Assembly: GCA_050951545.1 (NCBI GenBank)
Contig: JBMNJG010000007.1
Span: 320,001 to 384,000, forward strand
From: Limnochordia bacterium
Lineage (GTDB): Bacteria > Bacillota > Limnochordia > DTU080
Length of the DNA: 64,000 bases
Direction of reading: 5' to 3'
The position numbers and the translations under genes were made by a program. Each line of letters starts with the position of its first letter. The stretch's first letter is position 1. Below, one piece after another: positions 9,357 through 18,720 of the stretch. The notes beneath the pieces were generated by a model. It was not told where the DNA came from, searched no databases, and saw only the letters and a list, made by a program, of their open reading frames with translations.

Positions 9357-10610
9357 ATGAGGTTGTCTAGGAGTTGTGGCGTCTTTCTGTTGCTTATAGC
9401 CGTGGCGAGTGTCAGTGTTGATGCTGGATCTGTCACATTGCGTTGGCGCACCTGCTGTAGGCAAGAAGATCGGGTAGCGATGTTCCAACGGTGGGCGCGG
9501 GCCTTCGAGGCTGAGAATCCTGGCATTGCCATCGACTGGTATGATCCTCCCGGTGGGCTTCAACAGGTGAAAGTGGAGATCGCCGGGGGCGTTGGTCCTG
9601 ATATCATGATGCACGGGACGGGCATCTATACGATGCTCGATGTACTGATGCCGCTGCAGCCCATTCTCAAAAGGCACGCCGAGCTGCGACGCGAGGTTAT
9701 CCCCAGTGTACTAGATCAGTTCACCTGGCAGGGTGAGGTTTACGCTCTTCCGTATGGTGCGAACGCCCATGCTTTGGTCTACAACAAGAGCCTGTTTGAT
9801 GCCTCCGGTGTAGGTTATCCGACCGCTGACTGGACGTGGAATGATGCGCTGACCGCGGCCCGCCTTCTGACAAAGGACATTGCTGGTCGGGGGACCCCCG
9901 ACATCTGGGGGCTCAATCTGGCTGGTAGCGTAATGTCTGACATGCTATTGAGCTTTGGCGGGCCCGTGTTGGATGAGGACGGGCGCACGGTACGCGTGAA
10001 TAACCCCGTCAATGCTGCAGCTTTGGGCTTCTTTTCTGAACTGATGAGCAAGGGACTCGATGCTTACCCGCGGCCAGCGCCGAACGCGCTACAGCAGTTT
10101 CTGAGCGGGCGGGTGGCCATGGCTGGCTTGGGCGTCTTTACAGTGCCCAATCTGAGAAGTACTGCTGAGTTTTCTTGGGATGCAGAGCTATTCCCTGTTT
10201 TTGAGGTCGCAGGGAGGCGCTATCGCAACGCATTTACCTCAGCAGAAGGATGGGCTATGCTTCGGACGACCAAGCATCCCGCAGAGGCGGAGCTCTTTCT
10301 GCGGTTTCTGATGCGTCCGGAGAACTTGGCTGAGCTGGGTCGAACGGGCAGCGTGATACCGCCGTTTCGGGGACAGCCTCTGAGAGCTTTCCTGTCACAA
10401 CCACCACCCCCAGCGAACTTGACAGCCTTTATCGGCAGTCTGGAGCAGAGTCAACGACTGCATATTCTGTATCCCATGGCTTCAGCTTGGAGGACTACTG
10501 CCAGTCAACTGGTAAGCCAGGCGCTGAATGCGACGATTACCGTACCCGCTGCTTTGGAGCAAATCGAGCGTGTAATGAATGCGACTGTCAAGGAGTTTCA
10601 TGCGCGCTGA
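9357..10610 (+). CDS. ABC transporter sugar-binding protein (family 1)
   Basis: Signal peptide; GGVGPDI, YALPYG, YNKSLFD, DWTW, TKHPAEA; start chosen from RBS GGGGGG. Confidence 0.9.
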   Translation: MRLSRSCGVFLLLIAVASVSVDAGSVTLRWRTCCRQEDRVAMFQRWARAFEAENPGIAIDWYDPPGGLQQVKVEIAGGVGPDIMMHGTGIYTMLDVLMPLQPILKRHAELRREVIPSVLDQFTWQGEVYALPYGANAHALVYNKSLFDASGVGYPTADWTWNDALTAARLLTKDIAGRGTPDIWGLNLAGSVMSDMLLSFGGPVLDEDGRTVRVNNPVNAAALGFFSELMSKGLDAYPRPAPNALQQFLSGRVAMAGLGVFTVPNLRSTAEFSWDAELFPVFEVAGRRYRNAFTSAEGWAMLRTTKHPAEAELFLRFLMRPENLAELGRTGSVIPPFRGQPLRAFLSQPPPPANLTAFIGSLEQSQRLHILYPMASAWRTTASQLVSQALNATITVPAALEQIERVMNATVKEFHAR

Positions 10611-10650
10611 TCCAGGTCAGCATCGTAGCTAGTGTCAAGGAGGTCATCTT

Positions 10651-12264
10651 GTGGAGTGCGGTTCGCCCTTTCTCACATACGATCAGCTGACTGAAAAGGC
10701 CGCAGCATGGGCTCGCTCTGCTCCAGAGCTAGTACGCGTCTCCTCTATTGCTACCACAGCCGCTGGGCGGAATGTCCTGTGTGTTGAAATCGGTGATACG
10801 CGTGCGGGCCTGTCCCTAGAACGCCGTCCCGGTTTTTTGGTGACTGCCAACCTGCACGCTGTAGAGCTTGCAGGTTCAAGCGTCTGCGTGCAACTCATTG
10901 ACCATCTGATCGCCCGCCATTCCCGTGATGCAGATATCCACAGGCTCCTGCAGGAAAGGGTGCTCTATGTCATCCCGCGATTGGCTGTCGACGGTGCCGA
11001 CTATGTGTTGCAGACCCTGAATAGGGTGCGCAGCGTGCCTCCGCGTCGGCGTGTCCGCAACACAATCTATGCTCAGGATATCGATGGCGATGGCCGCATT
11101 CTATCTATGCGGGTGCAAGACAGACGTGGCAATCTGAGGGTATCTGCGCGCGATCCTCGCCTTCTGGTTCCCAGAGACGAAGATGACATAGAGGGGCCGT
11201 TCTTTCGGCTTTTCGTGGAGGGCGCTGTGCATGAGTGGGACGAAGGCAGCTACAGCGATGTAGCGGGCGATATCGACTTCAACCGCAGTTTCCCAGCCAA
11301 TTGGCAGCTCACAGCAGGGACTGTGCTCTCAGGTCCCTATCCCCTGTCAGAACCGGAGACTCGAGGGTTGGCTGAGTTTGTCTGTGCCCACCCCAACATC
11401 TGTGGAGCGCTTGATTTCCACACAGGTAATCCAGCCGTTTTCTACCCTGCGGCTACGGTGGAGGGGCGATCGGCTCCTGCAGAGGATGCAGCCCTGATTG
11501 CTCGCCTAGGGCAGATCGCATCCACCGTGACTGGTTTTCCGTTGCTGAGCAGCTACGGCGAGATCACCTCCGGTCGCGCTGCTCCTGGGCCTCCGGGTAC
11601 ACTCAAAGATTGGTTATACGAGCACAGAGGGGTACCGGCGTTGCTCGTGGAACTTGGGCTGTTTTACAACTACCTCGGTATAGACACCACCAAACTGAAG
11701 AACCCGGCCGCTCAAAGAGAAGAGGAAACGGGTTTGGCCCTACTCGCCTGGCATGACGCGCACGAGGGAAGTACGCTGTTCCGGGATTGGCAACCATTTG
11801 ATCACCCGCAGTTGGGCACGGTGGAAATCGGGGGGTGGGACTACGTCCTCTGGAGTAATCCGCCTCCTGCAGAGTTGGAGGGCCTCGGTGATAGATGCAC
11901 AGATCTCGTCTTGCAGCATCTTCTGCACGCACCTCAACTGAAGATAAGGGCCACGAGTCTCTCTCTGGGTAGTGACCTGCACAAGGTGAGTCTTTCAATA
12001 GCGAATGTGGGGCTCGTCCCCACCTATGGCACTCGTCAAGCCCTCAGCGTTCACCCCGCTCCGCACCTGATGGTGGAGGTGCAAGCAGAAGAGCCCATCG
12101 AGTTCATTATCGGTTCGCCACGGACGCAGGTGGGTCATCTGGCCCCGCGGCAGGAACACAGGCTAGAATGGGTATTGCGTTCGGAAGGAAAGACGACAGT
12201 GAGGGTAGACGCCTTCTCGGAACGCGGCCTCTACGCGTCGTGTGAAGTATGCTTGGACGATTGA
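10651..12264 (+). CDS. M14 family zinc carboxypeptidase-like hydrolase
   Basis: HAVE (HxxE), DFNRSFP, SEPET, DFHT, VELG; DIDGDG insertion; no signal peptide. Confidence 0.85.
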   Translation: MECGSPFLTYDQLTEKAAAWARSAPELVRVSSIATTAAGRNVLCVEIGDTRAGLSLERRPGFLVTANLHAVELAGSSVCVQLIDHLIARHSRDADIHRLLQERVLYVIPRLAVDGADYVLQTLNRVRSVPPRRRVRNTIYAQDIDGDGRILSMRVQDRRGNLRVSARDPRLLVPRDEDDIEGPFFRLFVEGAVHEWDEGSYSDVAGDIDFNRSFPANWQLTAGTVLSGPYPLSEPETRGLAEFVCAHPNICGALDFHTGNPAVFYPAATVEGRSAPAEDAALIARLGQIASTVTGFPLLSSYGEITSGRAAPGPPGTLKDWLYEHRGVPALLVELGLFYNYLGIDTTKLKNPAAQREEETGLALLAWHDAHEGSTLFRDWQPFDHPQLGTVEIGGWDYVLWSNPPPAELEGLGDRCTDLVLQHLLHAPQLKIRATSLSLGSDLHKVSLSIANVGLVPTYGTRQALSVHPAPHLMVEVQAEEPIEFIIGSPRTQVGHLAPRQEHRLEWVLRSEGKTTVRVDAFSERGLYASCEVCLDD

Positions 12265-12291
12265 GCACACGTGGAAGACGAGGTGGACCAC

Positions 12292-15200
12292 ATGCGTTGG
12301 CGGATGGTAGCGGCGATTTCACTGGTTGTACTAGTAGTCACCAGTCTTTCGGGGATCGCCTCCAAAACAGAAGTCATTCAAAAGAAAAGCTCAATGAATC
12401 TGCTTGCGCCTGAGGAGGTCCAGCGGGCGCGTGAGCGCATAGGAAGCAAGGATCCCTACGCGATTCAGCATCTCTCGAAGGTGCAGAGTCGGGCAGAGCG
12501 CTGGTTGAAGTACACGGATCAGCAGCTGCGCGATCTGGTGCCTACTGCGGATATTCCGCGCGCCTTCAACGCTCATTTCCAAGAGGATCCTCGTAATCCA
12601 GGAGCGATCCGCAAGTTCGGCAACTATCCGTGGATTATCGATCCCGATTTACCCTACAAGGTCGTGTCGCCCGTCGATGGTTTCATCTATCCCACCAACG
12701 ACTTTGATCCAAAGCATCCGGGTGGCCCTGAAGATGTATCTGAAGAGCCGTATGTGGATACAGGTTGGGGATGGAAGGACCCTGACGATAGCCAGAAGTA
12801 CTGGTTTGTCGGTTACTACACTTTTTGGCTGTGGAAGGACTATCTGATTCCTGCCACCTTGGCCCTCGGTGAGGCGTACCTGCTGACTGGTGAGCTGGCC
12901 TACGCCCATAAGGCAGCGGTCCTTCTTGACAGAATCGCAGAAGTCTTTCCTGAGATGGACTACGTCAAGCAGTCTCGCTACGGGACTGAAATACAGCCGG
13001 GCAATTACCACGGTCGCATCTTGAACCACCACTGGGGTGTAGATGCGGCCATTGAGCTGGCGACGGCGTACGACTACATTTTTGAGGCTATGCCGCAGCT
13101 TACTGAGCTAGAACGGGCTACTGGCAAGAGTCTGGACGCCGTACGCCACAACATCGAAGAAAACCTGTTGGAGGATTCCGCCCGATCTATCTATACCATG
13201 GACGGTCGGATTGCTGCCAGCAACAACATCTTTGCTATCCACAGGGCTCTGGCGACCATCGCGGTGGTCCTCGACAATGAGAACACAGACAAGTATCTTG
13301 ATTGGGTACTTCACAATACCGGGGCTGGGCGCTACGAAGGGATCATGTTCGGTCTCAGCAACATGATCTATCCCGACGGAGCACCCAACAGAAGCGCCCC
13401 GGGCTACAATGTGCTTTGGATCGAAGACTTCCAGGTTCTAGCCGAACTGTTCTTACGGCGGGATATCGATCTGTACCAAGAGAGCTCTAAGCTGAAGCGG
13501 TTGTTTGACTACCCCTTACGGCTGCTTATGAATGAGAAGTTTGTGCCCAACATCGGTGACTCCGGCAGTGTAAAGGCGTCGGGACCGATTGGCTGGAACC
13601 CAGCTGTCTATGCGACAGCCTTTCGTCGCTATGGGGAAGCCAACTTTGCCCGAGTTGCTCGTCAGAGTACATCGTCAGGGAGCGTCTTTGAGGAGTATGT
13701 ATTGGAGGAAGCAGAGGCCCTGCTGCGTCAAGAGGGGTTTCAGTGGGTGTACGAGAGTGATCACATGCCAGCCTATGGTCTGGCTATGCTGCGCTCGGGT
13801 CCGGAGGGACGGGGGGCAGGGCTCAGCCTGTACTACGGACCCGGGGGTGGTCACGGGCACTACGATCGGCTGAATGTCGAGCTTTTCGCCAAGGGACATC
13901 GCCTGACGCCCGACTTAGGCTACCCGGAGTTCATGACGGGTCAGCACAAGAAACTCTACGGTTGGACTGGTCACACCATCAGTCATAACACTGTTTTGGT
14001 AAATGAGAGGCGGCAGCTGACCAAAGGCGGCGGTCGGATACAGCTTTTCAGCGGGTCGCCATGGGTGCAGTATGTGGACGTGCGGGCCGAAGAGGCCTAT
14101 CCAGGCATAACGAGTCGGTACCAACGTTCGGTAGCCATGATCAATGTCTCGCCAAGCGATGTATATGTGGTCGACGTGTTTCGGGTACAGGGCGGGTATC
14201 AGCACGACTACTCCATCCATGGACCCGATGGGGCGTTTTCGGTGCAGGAACTCGCACTCTCTGCGCCACGCTCTGAAGGCACCTTGGCCGGGGAGCATGT
14301 GCCATATGGCTATCTCTATGACGCTCCTCAGCTGGAGCGGCTTGGATACACTGGGGCCTATACGAGCTACCAGGGCAGTGGTTTCTCCTATCTGAAGTCG
14401 GTGCAAGAGGCAAAACCAGCAGGGGTATGGCATGCGGACTGGACTGTCGAGGGCAAGAAGGGACTTCGTATCAGCTTCCTGCCCGAAGCAAACACCCAAG
14501 TGTTTGTGGCAGACGGGGTACCGCCGCAGCATGGGACAAGTAATCCTCCTGTGCTCAAGTACGTACTGGCCCGTAACAGGGCCGACAAAGGGAGCGACCT
14601 GACGAGCACGTTTGTCACGGTGCTTCAGCCCTATGAGAGGGCTCCGTTTATTCGAGCTATCACACAGCTCGAAGCGCTTCCCGGAAGCGAGCCTGGCGTG
14701 GTTGCTCTAGAGATTACGCATGACCATGGCGAGGATCTTGTGCTACAGGCCATTGAGGGGGCGGGCCCCTTTGAGGGAACAGAAGGCACGCACTTCCGTG
14801 GTCAGCTGGGCGTGCTCTCACGGACACGAGGTGGGATGGTCAGCCACGCCCACCTGCTGGGTGGCGGCCTGCTTGCACAGGACGATTTCCTCCTGGAATC
14901 AGCCGACTCATATACGGGGCGCATCATCAGCGCTGACTACGGTGAAGCGGACCTTGTCGTGGAACTGGATGCTCACGCACCAGCCATGCCTCTCGAGGAA
15001 CTCTTGACTGGCCAGCGGGTGGTCATCTCCAATGAGCACCACGCCTCGGAATTCATCATCAAGCACGTAGCAGCGTTAGAGGGGCGGCGCTACAAGGTCA
15101 CATTGACGGAACCCGTGACTCACACGGGAAAAGGGCAGGTAAGCGGAGCCTTTCCGCAACAGGTGCGCACAGGCACTCCGCTGCCATTGGGTCAGTACTA

Positions 15201-16248
15201 CGTAGGGCAACAGCTGGTCAATTCGCGTACGGGTCAGACCGCACGCATTGCGGGGATCACAGGTGGGCAGTTGCGGTTGGAGCAGGATAGTGTGGGTCTC
15301 GCCCGCGACGACATGTTCCATATCTATGATTTCGGGCCAGGCGACCGCTTCGCTGTCGCGGCCTGCGTTACCGTACGCAAAGGAGAGGACGGCTACTACC
15401 ACGTCAGCAGTAACACCACTGGGCGGCTGAGACTGTGGGATGGACAGGAGCATGTTGTGCAGCCGGGAATTGCTGAGGTGTGGGTGCCGACGATTACCGT
15501 CAACATTCTCCATCCTCCCTATGATGCGCAAGTGGCAGGCCTGCTCAGGCCGCAGCTGGGGGTGCGAGTACCTCCGGAGCTGTCCTTGGCACATTTGGAG
15601 ATTGCACTGGGCGAACAGATCGTCTACGGTGGGATGCAGATCCCGACGTCTGAGGCCATCGCCTTCGATACCCGAGCGCTTGAGGATGGCCAGTGTTTCC
15701 TCACCGTAAGGGCTACCGATTCACTGGGCAAGACCACCACCACGTCCATCCCCTTGCGCTTACAGAATTGGTGGAGCCTGATCGCTGACCTCACTCCGCC
15801 CATCGTGGGCAGCTGGTTTGGCGACATAGATCTCAACGAGATCTATGAACACTCGCCGGGATGGAGATTCGTGCGAGACGAGTCAGCCGCTTTCCATGAT
15901 GACCCGCATCGCATGACTCGCCCGGAGCCTACGCAGGAGTATGTGGTCTGGGAGAGCCCGGCTCTGGAGCGTTTCGAGCTTACCCTCTATGCGCAGCAGG
16001 CCCTCTCTGCGGGGGATGTCGAAGTGGCGGTTTCAGCGAATGGGGTAAATTGGCAGGCGGTCGACTACACGTTGAGCGCAGGGCCAACTTCGGATGCGGG
16101 GTGGCGGCTCTTGGGGATGCGTGGGGAGCTGGTGCCAGACCCAGCTGTCGGTTATTTCCGGGTACGGCTGCGGGCCAGTGCTCCTGCTGAGTTGCAGTTG
16201 GGTCGAGTGAGCCTACGCGGCCTACGGCCACCGTTAGGTTCAGAGTGA
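12292..16248 (+). CDS. Large secreted heparinase II/III-family protein with C-terminal Ig-like and beta-sandwich domains
   Basis: Signal peptide; VPNIGDSG, GHGHYDRLN, PDLGYPE, SHNTVLVN, DVFRVQGG. Confidence 0.8.
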   Translation: MRWRMVAAISLVVLVVTSLSGIASKTEVIQKKSSMNLLAPEEVQRARERIGSKDPYAIQHLSKVQSRAERWLKYTDQQLRDLVPTADIPRAFNAHFQEDPRNPGAIRKFGNYPWIIDPDLPYKVVSPVDGFIYPTNDFDPKHPGGPEDVSEEPYVDTGWGWKDPDDSQKYWFVGYYTFWLWKDYLIPATLALGEAYLLTGELAYAHKAAVLLDRIAEVFPEMDYVKQSRYGTEIQPGNYHGRILNHHWGVDAAIELATAYDYIFEAMPQLTELERATGKSLDAVRHNIEENLLEDSARSIYTMDGRIAASNNIFAIHRALATIAVVLDNENTDKYLDWVLHNTGAGRYEGIMFGLSNMIYPDGAPNRSAPGYNVLWIEDFQVLAELFLRRDIDLYQESSKLKRLFDYPLRLLMNEKFVPNIGDSGSVKASGPIGWNPAVYATAFRRYGEANFARVARQSTSSGSVFEEYVLEEAEALLRQEGFQWVYESDHMPAYGLAMLRSGPEGRGAGLSLYYGPGGGHGHYDRLNVELFAKGHRLTPDLGYPEFMTGQHKKLYGWTGHTISHNTVLVNERRQLTKGGGRIQLFSGSPWVQYVDVRAEEAYPGITSRYQRSVAMINVSPSDVYVVDVFRVQGGYQHDYSIHGPDGAFSVQELALSAPRSEGTLAGEHVPYGYLYDAPQLERLGYTGAYTSYQGSGFSYLKSVQEAKPAGVWHADWTVEGKKGLRISFLPEANTQVFVADGVPPQHGTSNPPVLKYVLARNRADKGSDLTSTFVTVLQPYERAPFIRAITQLEALPGSEPGVVALEITHDHGEDLVLQAIEGAGPFEGTEGTHFRGQLGVLSRTRGGMVSHAHLLGGGLLAQDDFLLESADSYTGRIISADYGEADLVVELDAHAPAMPLEELLTGQRVVISNEHHASEFIIKHVAALEGRRYKVTLTEPVTHTGKGQVSGAFPQQVRTGTPLPLGQYYVGQQLVNSRTGQTARIAGITGGQLRLEQDSVGLARDDMFHIYDFGPGDRFAVAACVTVRKGEDGYYHVSSNTTGRLRLWDGQEHVVQPGIAEVWVPTITVNILHPPYDAQVAGLLRPQLGVRVPPELSLAHLEIALGEQIVYGGMQIPTSEAIAFDTRALEDGQCFLTVRATDSLGKTTTTSIPLRLQNWWSLIADLTPPIVGSWFGDIDLNEIYEHSPGWRFVRDESAAFHDDPHRMTRPEPTQEYVVWESPALERFELTLYAQQALSAGDVEVAVSANGVNWQAVDYTLSAGPTSDAGWRLLGMRGELVPDPAVGYFRVRLRASAPAELQLGRVSLRGLRPPLGSE

Positions 16249-16266
16249 TTCGTTGGCTATGGAGGT

Positions 16267-17313
16267 ATGGTCATGTCGGATGTAGAGCGTCGTATGCGGG
16301 TACGCCCGCTCCTCACCTATACGGATGCGCAGGGCACGTTGCAGCAGGTCGCGTCACCCGAGGCATGGGCTGGGCGTCGAGAGCAGCTGGAAAAGACGAT
16401 CACCCGCTTTCTTGGTGAGGCGCCCGACATAGAGGCGCCTGCCCCTGCACTTCGGGTCTATGAAGAGCATGAGTACCCAGAGTACCGGCATCTGCTGATC
16501 GGGTACCTGGTTGAGCCGGAGGAAGAGGTCAAGGCGCATTTGCTCGTACCGCCGCAAGATAGGCGAAGGAACGGTGCCGCAGTGCTCTGTCTGCATGGGA
16601 CCACCGCTGCGGCAAAAGATAGCCAAATCCAGGAGAGCGAGAAACCTGGCCGCGATTTTGGTCGCCTTTTTGCCAGAGAGGGGTTTGTCACTCTCTCACC
16701 AGATCATTGCTGCTCGGGTGAGCGGCAGCCGCCAGGCGTACAGCCCTACGATACAAAGCCCTTCTATGAGCGCTATCCACGTTGGTCGATGATGGGCAAA
16801 GCTATCTGGGACGGACAGCGGGCGCTAGATATCCTGTCAGATATTCCGGAGGTGGATCCAGCTCGCCTGGGTGTGGTAGGGCACTCTCTTGGCGGATACG
16901 GGAGTATTTTTCTATCGGCCTACGAGCCGCGGCTAAAGGCGACGATTTCAAGCTGTGGCCTTACCAGCTGGGAAGACAATTCCAAACGGATGGCCTGGAG
17001 CCGGGATACCTGGTATGTGCACTTCCCATTGCTGCGGGAGTATTTCGCCCGCGATGAGGTTCCTTTTGACATGCATGAGTTTGCTGCGCTGATAGCCCCC
17101 CGTCCTTTTCTCAATGTCTCGGGCATGGCTGATCTGATGTATGCATCTAGCAACGAGAACATGCCCGAGATTGGGTGGCAGCTCTGGCAGTTGTACGCTC
17201 TGTTAGGTGCCGAAGAGAACTTCGCCAATTTCCTGTTTGGTGCCGGGCATGATGTGCCCACGTATGCCCGGGCGTTGATGGTCGGGTGGATGACTCGTTG
17301 GCTGTGTGACTGA
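16267..17313 (+). CDS. Alpha/beta hydrolase (dienelactone hydrolase / acetyl esterase-like)
   Basis: CLHG, GHSLGG nucleophile elbow, IAPRP, C-terminal GHD. Confidence 0.85.
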   Translation: MVMSDVERRMRVRPLLTYTDAQGTLQQVASPEAWAGRREQLEKTITRFLGEAPDIEAPAPALRVYEEHEYPEYRHLLIGYLVEPEEEVKAHLLVPPQDRRRNGAAVLCLHGTTAAAKDSQIQESEKPGRDFGRLFAREGFVTLSPDHCCSGERQPPGVQPYDTKPFYERYPRWSMMGKAIWDGQRALDILSDIPEVDPARLGVVGHSLGGYGSIFLSAYEPRLKATISSCGLTSWEDNSKRMAWSRDTWYVHFPLLREYFARDEVPFDMHEFAALIAPRPFLNVSGMADLMYASSNENMPEIGWQLWQLYALLGAEENFANFLFGAGHDVPTYARALMVGWMTRWLCD

Positions 17314-17339
17314 GGATATGCGTGAGGCTTGTTCCGCGA

Positions 17340-17377
17340 TCCGAGCAGATCCCCAATGACTTGGGGACCTGCTCGGA
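17340..17377. terminator. Bidirectional terminator hairpin
   Basis: TCCGAGCAGATCCCCAA-TGAC-TTGGGGACCTGCTCGGA between convergent genes. Confidence 0.7.
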
Positions 17378-17397
17378 CCGTGAGATGCATGATGGTG

Positions 17398-18579
17398 TTA
17401 GGCCCCGCGGGCTGCACTTTGTTCTGGCTGTACAGGACAAAGAGGTATCTCTACGGGCATCCCCAGTTCAATGGACTCAGCCGCTGCGGCGCAAATGGCT
17501 GTGCTATCGCGGGCGATCAGGATGGAGTGCTCGGGCTGTCGGCCAGTCTTGACGCATGTGATAAACTCCTCTAGCAGTTGCGCATCGCCGCCCCCATGAG
17601 AGCCTCGTGCGGGTACGAGATGATGCTCTTCAACATCACTCGAAAAGCGCCGTGAGATGCGAATGAGGTAGTTACCGGAGTTGATGAAATAGCCATAGAG
17701 CTTTCCCTTGTCACCGATGAAGGTGAACTCCCGTGTATACTCCGGAGTGAAGTGGCACTCCGTATAGATCGCTCTGGTGTTTCCGTCGTACTCAATAATC
17801 GCTAGTGAGTTATCATCGACGTCGACGGCGTGCGAGAAGACGCACAGGCCTTGTTTCTCTTGTTTCTTGGGGTCGCGTACGGCATGGGGGCAGGTCGAGA
17901 TTGTCTCGCAAGTGGCACAGTGCTTATCCTCGGGCTCTTGACCACCGAAGACGTTAAGACCCCCCGCCGCATATACCTTCGTTGGCTGTGCGTCCATCAA
18001 CCAGTTAAGAAGATCAATGGTATGTATCCCTTTTTGCAGCAACAGGCTACGCACATATGACTTGCGGCGGTAGGGCCTATGGAAGTAGGTATCTCCCACT
18101 GAGACGTTGTCGATGGCCTGCCCCATGATCACCTGTCCGATGACCCCTTCGTCGATGAGCTCTCGCATCCGGGTGAACAACGAACAGTGTCTTAGTTCCA
18201 GACCTACCATGAAGACGCGGTCTCGGGCTTGCGAGTACCAGGTAGTCACCAAGTCGTCACACTGCTGCACAGTCTGTGCCATGGGCTTCTCTAATAGGAC
18301 ATGCTTATGGTGCTGCAGGGCTTGCAGGGCATTGTCGTAGTGTGTCTTGTCTGGAGAGGCTATCGCAACAGCATCGATGTCACTGCCAGCGAGCATCTCT
18401 TCTGTGCTGACGAACACTTTAGCGTCCGGGAAGAGGTGGCGGGCCTCTTGTCGCCCTGCCTCAGAAGGATCGGCTATACCTGCTACACGAGCTGCAGGAT
18501 GCGTGTCAAACGCCCGACTTAGACTTCGCCCTCGCCCACCGAATCCGATAACTCCAACGTTTATTCGCTCCAAATGCAT
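17398..18579 (-). CDS. Gfo/Idh/MocA family oxidoreductase with a Cys-rich insert
   Basis: IGFGGRG, LEKP, LQKGIHTID, CxxCxxxxxC...C insert, HGGGD. Confidence 0.9.
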   Translation of the reverse strand: MHLERINVGVIGFGGRGRSLSRAFDTHPAARVAGIADPSEAGRQEARHLFPDAKVFVSTEEMLAGSDIDAVAIASPDKTHYDNALQALQHHKHVLLEKPMAQTVQQCDDLVTTWYSQARDRVFMVGLELRHCSLFTRMRELIDEGVIGQVIMGQAIDNVSVGDTYFHRPYRRKSYVRSLLLQKGIHTIDLLNWLMDAQPTKVYAAGGLNVFGGQEPEDKHCATCETISTCPHAVRDPKKQEKQGLCVFSHAVDVDDNSLAIIEYDGNTRAIYTECHFTPEYTREFTFIGDKGKLYGYFINSGNYLIRISRRFSSDVEEHHLVPARGSHGGGDAQLLEEFITCVKTGRQPEHSILIARDSTAICAAAAESIELGMPVEIPLCPVQPEQSAARGA

Positions 18580-18720
18580 CTACCCCCAACCGGGACGGAG
18601 ATCATGGCCATGTCTGTCGCATTATACACGTCGAGCTTCTTTACCTGCTGCGGGATGTCACCGCCGTAGGTGGTCGGAGTTCTATGGCGAAAGACAAGCC
18701 ATAGGCGAAAGGAGCTGGGT

